Source: Bigelowiella natans CCMP2755 (lineage: Eukaryota > Protista > Cercozoa). Taken from it: DNA of 64,000 nucleotides. Positions 25,960 through 39,200 of the stretch are shown piece by piece (within the stretch, counting starts at the first letter, position 1; each line of letters starts with the position of its first letter). The position numbers were made by a program, and so were the translations under genes. Below the pieces are notes generated by a model. That model was not told the DNA's origin. It was given only the letters and a program-made list of their open reading frames with translations, and did not search any database. The stretch spans positions 1 to 64,000 of the forward strand of contig ADNK01000630.1 in NCBI GenBank assembly GCA_000320545.1. The letters run 5' to 3'.

Positions 25960-28900
25960 GTGTATATATTGTCAATTAGACGTTTTATAAACCTGCATAT
26001 GCGTGTCCATATCTGGAGCAGCATCGAGTTCGAGCATATTGGAAATAAGGATCTAAAATCGAAATAACAATGAGTCTATATCCAGCATTGATAACTATCA
26101 AATGGAAACCTTTACAGCATGGTATGGCTCCGAAGCATATGCAGCATCACCCGCAACGTAGTATGTATCTTAATTCGATTTATATCATTAAATCTTTACA
26201 CTCGAATGCTTTCGAACAACACATACCAAAGTTAACTCGTGCAAGTCCATAGAACTTGGACACCAATGCTGATTTTCCCACCCCAGGTGCCCCAGATATC
26301 CAGAATCCAAACCTCCCAACCTTAAATAAATCATTAATATCGTATACTTGTTTCTCCGTAAGTTGAAAGTATCCCAATTAAATAACCTCTTCTTCATTTA
26401 TACACGACTTTGCATCGTCTACTTTAGACGGCTTGAAGCGTCGATCAACTCGAGATCCTTATATATTTCACTTCTTTATATTCAGTTAAATTTCTAGAGA
26501 CCAGACAGACCTGGTTGCATAGAAACTGATTGTGATTTTCTGAAGTACTCTCGTCGCTTCATCTATTTGGTAGGTCAAAGAGCACTGTGATACAAGAAGT
26601 TTCTTTAGCATTCTATTCTGGAATACCCTTGCATTGATTGACCCAATTCCCATGGATGTCCTAGTCTAGGAAATAGAATCACGTTAGATGATTTGACATG
26701 AATATGAATATTGTTTTTATAACCCTTGATTTGAATCTTGACGAAGGTTTTTGAGGTCCTTGTAGGGAATTTTTCTTGAGAAATTCTTTCAATTTGAAAA
26801 CCTACCAATTAGCGCTTATAAATAATATGCATCCACAGGGTTTGGAAATTTATCTGGTACGGCAATGCTAAACTCCTTAAGCTCTTTTTGTCTGATGATA
26901 ATTGTAAATTCTATTGCAAAATTCTGATGGAGACTCAATGATTGTTCGGCACCTTCCTAAAAGCTGTTTATGAGTACTGAGAGCCGAGGCTCGGCTCAAT
27001 CCTTCTGGATGGTAAACCTAAGTAACAACTTTATCAGCTGCCTCTGCGAAAGAAAGGAGATTAATCTACCTGGATTAACTTATTTTTCCCTTTTACTTTC
27101 AGTTCTTTTACCTATAGAGAAGGTGTAAGTGTCATTAGCATATGAATTAATCTTATCACGGAATACCCATCTGAATTGAATCGTTGTCTTTGCTAAAGCA
27201 TGAGTATTTTCTTCAACCCATATTGAATTTGCAGGAACCTGTAAAACTGATCTTAATATATCAAGTAAATACTATTTAATTACACGAAACTTTGTTTGAG
27301 AGACGAGCTGCTGTATTGACGGTATCCCCAACCTTAAAAAGGTGTAAGTGTAAGAGCGAAGCTTAGCATTAAGGAAAGGTGATTTTTATTTAATTGATTC
27401 ATACCACAGCATGTTCATGCCGAACATGGCTTCCTGGATACAACTAGGTTCAGACCAATAGAGAAACCAGGATGGTAAGAGTGCATGAGAACCTACACTC
27501 CCCACATAAACATCGCCAGTCGCTATCCCAATTCCATGTTGAATATCTACCGAATAGAAAAACTTGAGACCTTTACACTTAAATCTTTCAAAATGATTAC
27601 GTATGCCATTTAGCATATCTTTCACTTCCATCGCAGTTTTGACCGCACGCACTGCATTGTTCTCCTAAGATTATTTTGAAGCGAAATGTCACATCTGATT
27701 AAAATTTCAAATTTATATTCCAATAACAAGAAGCTTACCCAGGTAAATGGAGGTACTCCAAATACTACTATCAGAACTGTTCCTTTATCATCCACGCAAA
27801 ATTGTCTAAGATACCCTTGGTTTTGTTGTATGATTTGTTGCATCTTTCTTAAGGCATTATCCACTCTCCTGATAGAAAATAATTGGCTAAGAGCTGACTG
27901 AAAATCATAATATTGTTGAACAAGCTCGCAATACCGAATGACAATAAGATCATTGCAACCGCTGTAGTTCAGTGCCAGCCCCTACATTCGTATATACAAT
28001 TTTTAAGTTATATTATAAAGCGTCCAAATATGCCCAACCTTAAGATTTATAAATATTGCAGTAGAACGCCTCAATTCAGCGAGCCATTTATCTCCTATTC
28101 CGCTGCGCAACTACAAGAATAAATATAATTTCGTATAAAATATGGATAAAATAATATAAAAAAGTCACACCTTTTCTCTTACGGGTATGGGTACATAAGG
28201 TTCAATGCGAGCAGCCACTATTGGACTTAAAATCTACGTGAAAATTGTAGATGTGTTGATTTTGAATCCAATTTAAGCGAAATAAAATGATGTGTGAGTC
28301 TATCTATTAGCAAATTACCAAGGCCTGGTTCGGAATAACCTGGAATGAACTTCAATGTCAGTTTGTTGTATCTAATATAAACGACTACAATTGACACATG
28401 AGGAATTGCACCTTGACGGAATGTATGATGTTCAGCACTTTGATATTCAGAATATTTTGATCTGGAAAAACGATTAACCGCTTTTGATATTTTATACTCT
28501 TCGAATCTTTTTCAAAATGGATTTAACCATGCTTTTTTAGAGGTAAGGAAACAGGAACTCCTTGACAATGTATCTGAACTCGAGACCATACCTTTTGATT
28601 TACTGATTATTTTACATATTTTATTTAAGTATTAAATTATATACCTCAGGTGATACAACGGCGTCGCCTGTTTTACTAGCGTCAACCTATTTGTAGATGT
28701 TATCAATGGCTTTGAACCATATCATTGTTTTTGTCTAATAATTGAGACCGCAGTCTGTAATTGCCGGAACGCATCTCCAGCGACAAGGAATTCCCACTGT
28801 AGATTGCAAGGGGAACGGGAGTTGTCACAGATAGTTGGATGAAAAGCAAATCGAATCATATGTGACCTGGTTATCATTTCCTCCCAAATGCAGAGCATAT

Positions 28901-30858
28901 ACATCTGAGAATCCCTGCAATTAAAATGGTCTTACATCGTTATTTTTATATATTGCTGTATCTTTGCTCCTTTTCTCATTTATAATAAAAATATATTACA
29001 ACTGCTGTGTGTAGGGTCAAAGTCACATTTCCAACAATATAGGGAGGTTGCTTCGAAAGCTCCATCGCCGCCTTAATACAGTAAAAAATTACACTGCATA
29101 GGCAGAATAAGCTAATTTGGGTACCTGGATTGTCCGAAGCATTGTAATTTCTGCATTTTCGAACACCTGTTGTTTATTTTAAGGGCTTTCAATGAAAATA
29201 TGAAGGAAAAAGAAATATCAAATGTACCTTCTCTTTGTTATCCTTATTCAAGTATGTCATCTTTTCATATGGATTATCCTTTTAGAATTTACATAATTCA
29301 GTCACTACGCCATCAAAAGCATAACTTTGTTTTATTCCAATACCTCCTTAAAAATCACTATTAAAGCATCTCCAGCGAACTTGACACAATCTCCACCGTG
29401 CTTACACATAAATTATAGGATATTTTATCTTGTAAACTGAATGCACTAGCAAATATATGCCATTATATTCTAAATAATAATTTGAAATACTCTGTCTATG
29501 ATATTCAGAAGCTTCGTGAAGTACTGATTGAGATGCCTTGTAACCTTTTCTGCGCCGCTGAGGAAATCAATGCATCTTCAATTGAAACAGTTGATATAAA
29601 TTTATGGTTGCCTTTCCCCCATCCTCGCAAAGGATTCGTTCATTCGGGTAAACCCTTTCATTAAGGAATCAGTTTTCACTTGGGAAATATGGAATTACGT
29701 CTGCTATTCTACCGCTAACATCGGCGATCATCACCCCTGTGTTCTTGAATGTTACAGTCTCCCCTCCTGGAAAGAATTAGTGCTACAAAATGCAGAAGGA
29801 CTGTCATATAGACTAATTGGTTACCTATTTCTGGAGGAGTAGTTATTCGTTGATATCTTTCCAGAACGAATCTACTCAAAATTAAAATTATATTTGTTTA
29901 CAATCTTAGCATTTAAACTAATATCGACCACCTTGCAACGTAGCTCGACATCTGCGACACCAGAGATGTGTCCCTGTATACAGTTCGAACTCAACGTCTT
30001 TGCGAACTCAAATCCTTTTATGTTGTAAGGTGTGTTTTGTAGACCCTAACAAACTCTTTCTCTTCTCTTTTCTGGTTCTTGGGGTCAGAAGACTTGGTAT
30101 TCCTCCTGCTAGTTTCTTTCCTCTCTTTATTTTAAACTCTGCAGGTCTCTCTTTAGCCCAATATTCGTTTTCTTCTACAATTTCATCATTCGTTTCAGGA
30201 AGAGCCATAGATAAATTATCACTTTCTTCATCTCCACCTGTTGAACATGAACGACTGTTAGAAGTTGTCACACCGAATACGCATCGTACCTGCTAAATCA
30301 AAAACCCTGACACTTTCTAGTCGTGAGAGACGTCGCTTGATTGTCAAATACCGCGTTGGCGTAAGGGAGCCTAAAATAGGAAAAATGCTGTGAAGGAGTA
30401 CGAGAGTTGTTTTGCATCAATGTTCAATTCAATGAGAGATGGGAGATGAGAGATTAGAGACTTTGATAGTGCTATGTGATAATCGCCAAAGCGAAGTAAG
30501 AATGACTGAATGACTGAATGACATTATTTTATAACACATTAACACCTAACGGCAGCTGTTTCTTAAGTGATGCGATGTCGCGAGAGCTTTGGTTGCGAAT
30601 CATGTTTGGGGGTGGAGTATGCAATCCGCCTGTGGCGATTTTGATTCTCGGATATTTTCTATAGGAATTTCCATTCCGCTGTACTGCCGATGAGGGGACA
30701 CCAGGGACACCAGGGACTAACGTCTTCTGGTCCTCACCATTTTTTGTTTTTTCATCAAACTTTTCTTCCAACTTAAGATGACTTTCTTCGTTTGTCTCGA
30801 ATGAGATTTTATTGTTATTATCACCATCATTCTTCTTCTCATGGGTGACATCCATCAT
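21629..30858 (-). CDS. Soluble adenylyl cyclase (ADCY10/sAC-like): two class III cyclase domains plus STAND/AAA NTPase
   Basis: C1 motifs: VMIADVSG, HGGDCVKFAGDAL, WEFLVAGDAFRQL. C2 motifs: GYLRQFCVDDKGTVLIVVFGVPP, GIGIATGDVYVGSVGS, VGDTVNTAARL. Walker A ISGAPGVGKSAL and Walker B VWILEDIQW. Dozens of short AT-rich introns; the termini are approximate. Confidence 0.88.
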
Positions 30859-31751
30859 TGATCGTTTGCGGTCAGCTGCAGGTACAAATGTACAGAACAG
30901 AGCAACTCCCAACCTTGGTGGAGGGCCTTTTCCCCCTACGACAACGTATGTAATCAGAATACATGCATAAATACGAGTACGGATCCATTCTCGAACAAAT
31001 CCACCAGTTCATTTTCCTCAGGATTACTCTTTATTTTTATACAGCGACAAGACCGATCACTTGTCTCAGTGCAATGCGTCGTAAAGAACCACATGGATAT
31101 TGAAAGCTGAACTTCGTATGTTCACAAGAATTTTATTTCTTTCCAGGAGAGCACATTTGCAAGTGACCGCAATATCTTCAGAAATAGTGGAAGAAATAAT
31201 ATAATAAAAATACAAGAATACTAGTCCGATTTCAGTTGTCGTCATCAGGTTTCGAATCGCATTTGCTTGGAAAGAAAGTACACCTAAATGAATCTCTTCG
31301 AGTTTCGTTGAAACCAACAATGACCTGTAATGTTGGTATGCGTCATAGTATATTTTAGTATTTTCTTCGTATTTGACCCAGATGGTTGATCTGAGCACTC
31401 CAACCTCGTAAGATCCGGTGGAGACCCATCCTCTGCAGATCCACACATGTAAGGAAGGAATCTGCACACTTGTATTGGAAAGACTTCCCCACTTTCAAAC
31501 ATGATTCAAATTGCTGGCTGATAACGTTGCCTTATCCATATAACAGATCAAAATGCAAGCGAGTTTTAACTCATTTTCGGATGGGGAAGAAAGTGAGACT
31601 CAGGCGACTTAACTTTCCTTCATCAATTCTTAATGCAACACACAGTTTTGACAAGACAGTTCGCTTTGAGAAAATTTAATTATGCCTGGTGTTGCATTAT
31701 TACCTTTGTAGTAGTTCCTTCTTCTAGGTTGCTTTATGGTAGTAAATCGGT

Positions 31752-32748
31752 ATGGAATCGGAAACGAAAGGCCGCCGCCAACAGGCGTAGAATTTTGGTA
31801 TTAAGCTAGAATAATAGTACGAGGGAATTCCAGGCGTAGAATTTTGGTATTAAGCTAGAATAATAGTACGAGGGAATTCCACCACCAGTAGTCGTAGTGT
31901 AATACCTGTCCAACTATAATACATCCATATCTCTCTGCCTTGCTATGCAGCTGCGGGAATCAAAAAAAGTTTCCATGGCGTCATTGAAGGCAGGAGGAAC
32001 TGCTGAAGAGGAAGAGGAGGGTGATGATGACAACCTTGAAGTAATCGGTTTTTGTAATTGCGAAGAATATAATCTTGCTGGTCTTCAAATGTATCTAAAA
32101 GCTAAGGTATTGTTATTAGAAAGTTGCTGCAAACAAGGCTGTGTTGTTATTGTTATTAGAAAGTTGCTGCAAACAAGGCTGTGTTGTTATTGTTATTAGA
32201 AAGTTGCTACAAACAAGGCTGTGTTGTTATTGTTATTAGAAAGTTGCTACAAACAAGGCTGTGTTGTTATTGTTATTAGAAAGTTGCTACAAACAAGGCT
32301 GTGTTGTTGGCTGTGTTGTTGCCACAATAAGCTACCAAACACACTAAGATGATAGCTCAGAGAGCATCACCACTAACAACATTCAAGATTATGACGAGAA
32401 AATTTTGAGATAGAAGGATGATACTGCAATTTAGTTGTTGTATTTCTCATTGCTAGCAGCCATATTTTTATGGCTACTAAAGATTGATGGTGTTTTTTCG
32501 GCTTCGTACGTTTCAAGGCTTACATTGAAAATGGTATTGGAGGAGGAAAAGAGGGTAGTACTGCTGTAGAAATGGTGGGTATTATGAATACGGGGACGAG
32601 TTCACAGCACATCGTACAAAGAAGCGGCAATACGATAAGTAGTGCTCCTAATCTAACGGAGCTTGTCGAAGAAGAGCTTGCCCCCCTCATCAACGACAAA
32701 AAAGAACAGTACGAAAAACTATCACGCGACGATGCTAATGCTACTAGC

Positions 32749-32780
<32 letters not shown>

Positions 32781-33808
32781 ATGATAATGATGACGACGAT
32801 AATGATAATCGGGGAAATGACAAGCAGAGAGAGAATCACATTTTTTTTGGGGAAACGTAGAAAGTAAGTAAGCACAACGAAAGGGTGGGGTAGGGGAGGG
32901 ATATACCCCGTCATAACATACTCATGACTATTACCTACGAATCAGTCACATAATCTTGATTATTAACCTCGATTCAGTCAAGAAAATCTTGATTATTTAC
33001 TACGACTCAGGCTTGCTTCCGCTACTACAAGTACAAGGAAATATCATACATTTGATATGAGTTCCCCTCCCAATGAAATTGATGATGAACACACTGCTGA
33101 AAAGATCAAGAACTTGAGACTTCGTCGTCGTGGTATGTTAGTAGACAGAAGGGGTGCTTGAAAGGTGTGGAGGACAGGAAAGTAGAATGTACTTCTCCAG
33201 CTTTCTATTTCGTAGATCATTTGTAAAAACTTGGTGCTGCTGTTACTACTTATTACTTTCAAGGCGTGAGCTTGGCCGATGGTCCTCGCTTTGTGAAGCT
33301 ATATCCAGATTGCTTGCATCTACGAGTAGCTGCTACAGGAAGGAATGACTACAATGAAGGGGGAGGTGAAAGGAAGAGACTCAACAAGACGATGACGATG
33401 ACGAAGAACAACAAACAGGGCGGTGCAGTAGAAGCAGGAAGAGGAAGTGGTGCAACAGGACAAGGAAGGAGCAGGGATGTAGATACTACTGCTGCGCAAA
33501 ACGAAGAAAAGGAAGATGCAAAAAAAGAACAAAAACGGAAAAATGGCGTTGGTGAAAAAGATGCAGCAGACGTATTCGTCGTATCTTGGGGTGTGGTCGT
33601 GATGTGGTAATGAAGGAAGAAGGAAAAGTTAGCAATATTTTTCATCATCTTCTCCTCTACTCTATCGATGGCGTAAATGATTTTGATGATAATGATGATA
33701 TGTTGATGGGTATTCGTATACTCTGCTGCATCGATACTTCCTCTCGAATATAAGTTTCCTCAAATCTTGTGGTGACAGCCCTCCATTCTATTAATGAATG
33801 AATATTAC

Positions 33809-33844
<36 letters not shown>

Positions 33845-35332
33845 AATATATTAGATCGTGATCTCGATATAGTAGCTGATGTGCCAAACCTTGCCACTCT
33901 GTCTCCCCCTCCCTCCCTCCGCCCCCCCCTCTCACATTCACCAAATACACACTTAATAACATTTGTGCAGGAACACCAACGAAAAAGCCACCCAAACAGT
34001 GCGGCGGATGGTACGGCAGTTTCAAGTTGGACGGATAAAGGGCGCTGAGGATATTGAAACTGAGGATATGGACTACGTATTCGGGGGGAGGCGTTCTGTG
34101 AAGGGCGACCTCATTACATTGTCGTTAGAGAAAGAGGGAGAGGTAGAAAGTGTGAGACACACTTATTACTTGCAACTTTGCTCCTGCTGCCTATACAGCT
34201 GCTATTGCTGCCATGGTTTAATAAATAAATACCTAAGTTTGGTATAGCTGCCGTCCATCCATCCACCAGTAAGCTTCTTATTATTATTATTCTTCTTCTT
34301 CTTCTTCTTCTTCTATTTCTTCTTCTTCTATACCCATAGCAGTAGCAACTACATAGTGTTGTAGATGTATCACCTAATAATACATACATACATACATACA
34401 TACATACATACATACCACATATCCGAAGGATGCAGTACATGAAAAGCTTGCAGCTACATTGGCCTTAGCACAAAGTCTAAAGCTTAGCGTTCTCGAAACG
34501 CGATTACAAAAGCAATTTGAAGAAGTGAAGCACCTGCCGAGGGAGGTAGTTTAGTAGAAGCAGTAGTAGTAGTAGTTGCTGTTGTGGTGATACATAGGAA
34601 AGATGGAAAAGAGGCTCATCCATGATTCATTGCCCATTGTTGTCTATAAAATATGGTGATGATGACGATGACCCCCCTCCACTTCCCTAAAGCTTGCTAA
34701 GCACGGACAAATAGCGTCGTTATCGAGGAAAGGAGTCCAGAAACTGCTAGGCCGCCTATTCATTACCCATACAGGTAATGTTAATGGACTCATCATATAA
34801 AAGCAGATCGATATCATAGAAAAGAATTGTCATTGGAATTTATTATTTTTCTTTTCTTGACTGTTAACATGGCCTGTACAATCAACAAGCTTGTATCTCA
34901 CATCTTATTACACGATAACACCTACTACTACTACTACTACTACTACTACTCCGTAGATTTGACATTGACCTCTGATCTTCTCGACACGCCCGAATTCTTT
35001 TGGGAGGAAGATGCAAATCTCCCCTTCTATAAGACGGTATTAGTTGTGATATTGTTTACATATCTAGTGACGAATGTATCATCTTCATGCTGAAAGTACT
35101 TCTTGGTTATAATTAGATGTTTTCGTATTTGGAGATACCAAAAAGAACCTCAACTTTCAATAAACGGAAGGATGTTTTGCACGAGCTTTATGAGGTGATC
35201 CGAGACTCGAAGGAATCCCAGTATTCTGACCGTCTGGAATGGATCATTATTTGGTTGATTCTTGTGGAAGTGATCCTTGAATTGGTGCAAATTCTTGTTG
35301 GATACTATCACTACTTTCATTATGATGACTAA
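31752..35332 (+). CDS. RMD1: RMD1/RMND1 family (DUF155) protein
   Basis: VIGFCNCEEYNL, DVFVVSWGVVVMW, EKLAATLALAQSLKLSVLE, SDLLDTPEFFWE, YLEIPKR..FNKRKDVLHEL, RLEWIIIWLILVEV (C-terminal TM). The start codon is uncertain. Confidence 0.88.
31782..31879. repeat. Perfect 49-bp tandem duplication
   Basis: caggcgtagaattttggtattaagctagaataatagtacgagggaattc occurs twice in tandem. Confidence 0.95.
32108..32308. repeat. Intronic minisatellite, 40 bp x 5
   Basis: Unit tattgttattagaaagttgct(g/a)caaacaaggctgtgttgt, starting at a splice donor. Copies 1-2 have G and copies 3-5 have A. Confidence 0.95.
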
Positions 35333-35389
35333 CCGGTGATTAACATTTATGGTCGATGTTCCCAGAGACAACTAGACAAGTTGAGAATA

Positions 35390-36220
35390 TCCAGATGCAT
35401 CAGTCTCGAAATTCTGACATTCTAGCATTGCATTTTGCAATGTGAACTACACATCTAGACATGCTAGCATGTGAAAAAGAAATTCTACCCATGCTAGCAT
35501 GGCATGCTACTACTAGCTAGCTAGATGTGTCAACAGCTGTGCTGTGCATCACTAGATCACTAGCGCTGAGCGCACTGCTAGCACACAGCCTCTTATCAAC
35601 GCTAGCATGATTATCATGTAACAATCTAGCAATCCACACAACAAACGCAACAACGTGTGCAGACTGTGCTAGCACGTTTACCAGCACACAGCACATCATC
35701 GTTGTCCGCATCAAATCTGCCATGCTAGCATGGGACAAATGTAAGCGCAACAGATCTAGATGGATCGACATGCGTCGCAGCGCTCTCTTCTAGCTAGCTA
35801 GTCTCTGCTGACTGTAGTGTCTTAGTGGACTCGCAATTTCTTGTGAACATGATCGGCTGCGCATGGATACTACTGCACTCCTCTAGTCTAGTAGTCTCAT
35901 CTAGACGAGATCAACAAGTCCATGGTTTCATCCCTTTTGCAACTTGCACGGTGTGTAGATAGCACAAGTCTAGATGTGCCTAATGTACATTTGTGTCCAT
36001 CAAAGCTAGGCTCGTGAGTACCTGCTAAATTGCAGGTGCTGTTGGTGTCGATGATGATGCTGGATGGAGAGCCTCTGATGATGCATGCGCGGGGCGTGTG
36101 GCGACTCGGACGGAGGGGGTTAGCCTTGCTGCTGCAGGTATCTAAGTGATGCTACTGTAGGTTAAACCTGGACATGTCTACCTTGCTAGCTAGATATGAT
36201 CGCTTGATCGCATGGATTTC
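35390..36220. other. CTAG-rich, otherwise TpA-poor intergenic island
   Basis: In 35401-36000, 22 of 40 TA dinucleotides lie in CTAG (counted by eye). Confidence 0.85.
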
Positions 36221-36278
36221 AGTTTTGTACGATGAAAAATCACTCCGTATCTGTCTCATTTTGACTACCTAAAGTGAA

Positions 36279-39200
36279 TTAAAAACTGCCGCGGCGGCCA
36301 AGGCCACTAAACCCACTCATCTTTAAAGTATCCTCTCTTTCTTTCAAATCTTTGGTCTCATATCCACCGATTTTACTAACGCTGGAAGCTTTCGAGTGCT
36401 TCACTTCATAAAATCCGTTCTTGCTAACACTAGATTTATTCGTTTTGCTACCACTCCCACCGTCTGCAACATCCTGGCCTAGTGTACGCCTGCATTTACT
36501 TCCACTTCCCATATCCTGATCATTACGTCTTAACCTACTTCCACTTCCCGTATCTTGATCATTGCGTCTTAACCTACTTCCACTTCCTCCATCCTGATTG
36601 AGATAAGTATTATCAACAGTGCATAAAAAATGACTAAATGTATTCATTGGAACCTGTAATTTTGTTTCAGTTCCAAGTTTTGGCTTGCCATACGGGTGTA
36701 TTTTTTGAATAGTATCATCAACCAAAGCCACTGCAGATCGAACCTACCGGACAACACTACTATTAGTTCGTTTCGTGAATGAAAGAAATACTGAAATGCT
36801 GAATGAACGAAATTTTGTTTTGTATTTTAGCTATTAATTTCTACGTACATAGAGATGCAACGGGAAATCCACAGCTGTATAACCTAATAATGTGGAAGTC
36901 AACGAAATATTCAGTGTATTTGCGTACTACTACAATTTTTCACACCGAATGGAGTTGACAACGAAGAATGAACCTGACCATAAATCATAGTATGAGCATG
37001 ACTGTAATATTCACGTTATTGTACAACACCAGCTGTTACCACTCTATCAGATGATATTTACCTCCAATATGCCTTCGACAATGATGCTCAAACCGACAAT
37101 TATAATGTAACCCAGAATAATAGATTCTACCGAATCTTCATCAATTCCATATCTCAAAAATTCGCTTATCCAGATGCTTGCTAATACCAACTGGATCAAG
37201 AATATTGGTTACAAACTCAAATACAATAATAGCAAAATTCACACCTCAATTTTTGAAATGATGGCCACTAAGTGTGTGTAAATATAGGGAACCTGAACAT
37301 TTTAGTTTGGATATTTACAAATTTACAAAATCTCCAATAATAAGGTAAATGTAACTCGCATTGGTAATTTACCGGAGTTTCGATAAGAGCAAACATATTT
37401 TCAATATTTGACTGCTGCGATGAAATAGATTTCTCAAGGCCCTAAAATAATTGGAAAATTCAACGAATATGCAGCTACGAATAGGCCCGCTTCTATTTTC
37501 CACCTGAATGCAAAGAGCTGTAGATTCTGGGTGTACAAAGCGATCCGCATGTCGTCTTTATAGAATAAGTTAGGTTCTTGTAAAAGTTGAAATCCTTCTT
37601 TCATAAACGAAAAATACCTCGCAAAGAGCCATAAATCGCTCCGAATCCATGAATATGCAAGATAATAACATCCTGCTACAGTTTTCAATTTTTTCCGCTC
37701 TTTTAGAGTGAGCAATCCCTTCAGAAATCAAGAAATATATATTCAAATCAAAATATCAAATTTGTTACAGTAAAAAGTATTTTACCTGATACGTGAGTAG
37801 CTTTAGATCACGCTCTCCCCTTATAGCCTGCGTGAACATTATGAAAGCAGCAATTTGCAAACGAATAGCCTGGAAACATGATACAAAAGTCAGTTGACTA
37901 GTATGGAGATAGAACTTTAAATCTAGAAATAAAGGCTTCAAATACCTTTTCTCTGAAATCGATTGAGGTTTCATCGGAAGCCGGAACATATGCTAATAGC
38001 ATCTAAATTGGAGATTACAATAGTTTGCGTTTAGTGGATAGATACGATTGAGAACTAATAGAACCTGGATAAAGTCCCTGATATTACTTGTCAGATTCTG
38101 AAAATTGGCCTATCGATATATAACTTCATCTTTAGTTCATACAATATTCTATGTGATCACGACTACCAACATCAAGATGAAGTAAACGGTGTGATTTACC
38201 CGAGTCTCCCACCAACGAGATAATGAAATGTGCAAAAGGAGTCCAAGAAAGGCTGCTGTTAGAAGTGTCAACACGACAATAGGGCCATCTACCACAAAAA
38301 AAGACGATAAGATTTCGTTTGATTCCTATCGTTAATTAGCTCTGACCTCCGATCGGCCTAGCACACATCGAGCAACCTTCTTGAGAACCACTAACTTCAC
38401 ACTTTGAAGTGCAGAGGCGGGAGGCATAAAGTGTGGAAAGAGCCAAAAGTATCTACATCACAAGATATCAGAGTTTACTTCGCTTTTAAATTTTAAAACA
38501 AATGAGCCACCAAGATTTGTCCCCATAGCTTACTGGATCTACAAGAACAAATACCGAGGGGGGTTACTTAGGTAAAATGTATTTATCATGATGCTTGTTA
38601 AGAAATGCCTTAACACAGTTCCATTGGCAGCTTTGAACCATCCATGTGAGAATAGATGCCGGGGAGCATACCTTACATCATATGCACACTAGGTGCCACT
38701 ACTAAAGCCAATAAAACAATGAATGTACCAATAGACATGGCCGTTATCAGAGACGACCTAAATTATGAATTAGACTATCGTGAAACTCAACACTTGTTAC
38801 TATTTGCTACGGACCTTATCAGGACCGGGCGATGCCCCTGATACCGGGTGCATCTTGTGTATATTGATATCCTACACAAAATGATTTTATCACTTTCACA
38901 TTTCACATGACAATATAATCAATCACCTTTCCAATGCGCATAAGTCGTAATAGACGAAGTAAACGAAAGGCATGGAAACGGGGATTGCCTGGTATACGTT
39001 GAACATGTCAGTGAACCCTTGATTTGCGTTTGCTACAATTTTATATATACTCATTGTGAAAGCAACAATGTCCCCTGCGATGCTGAAACAATCTAGATAC
39101 ACCATCGGCCTCTACCGTACGATGAGATTTTAATGGAGAACACACGTTCAACAGAGGTCCTTAGTGTACTACCAGAAATAGCCTCCAACGATAGATTGCA

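Noticed and set aside
31066-31679. ORFs between the cyclase and RMD1 genes
   Set aside because: No recognisable motifs or convincing exon chain; probably promoter or UTR sequence.
32108-32308. CRISPR-like array
   Set aside because: Head-to-tail repeats with no unique spacers, inside a eukaryotic intron, with no cas genes.
38620-38870. Voltage-sensing phosphatase (VSD+PTEN) interpretation of the S4-containing gene
   Set aside because: No HCxxGxxR motif is present; the downstream exons give bestrophin motifs instead.
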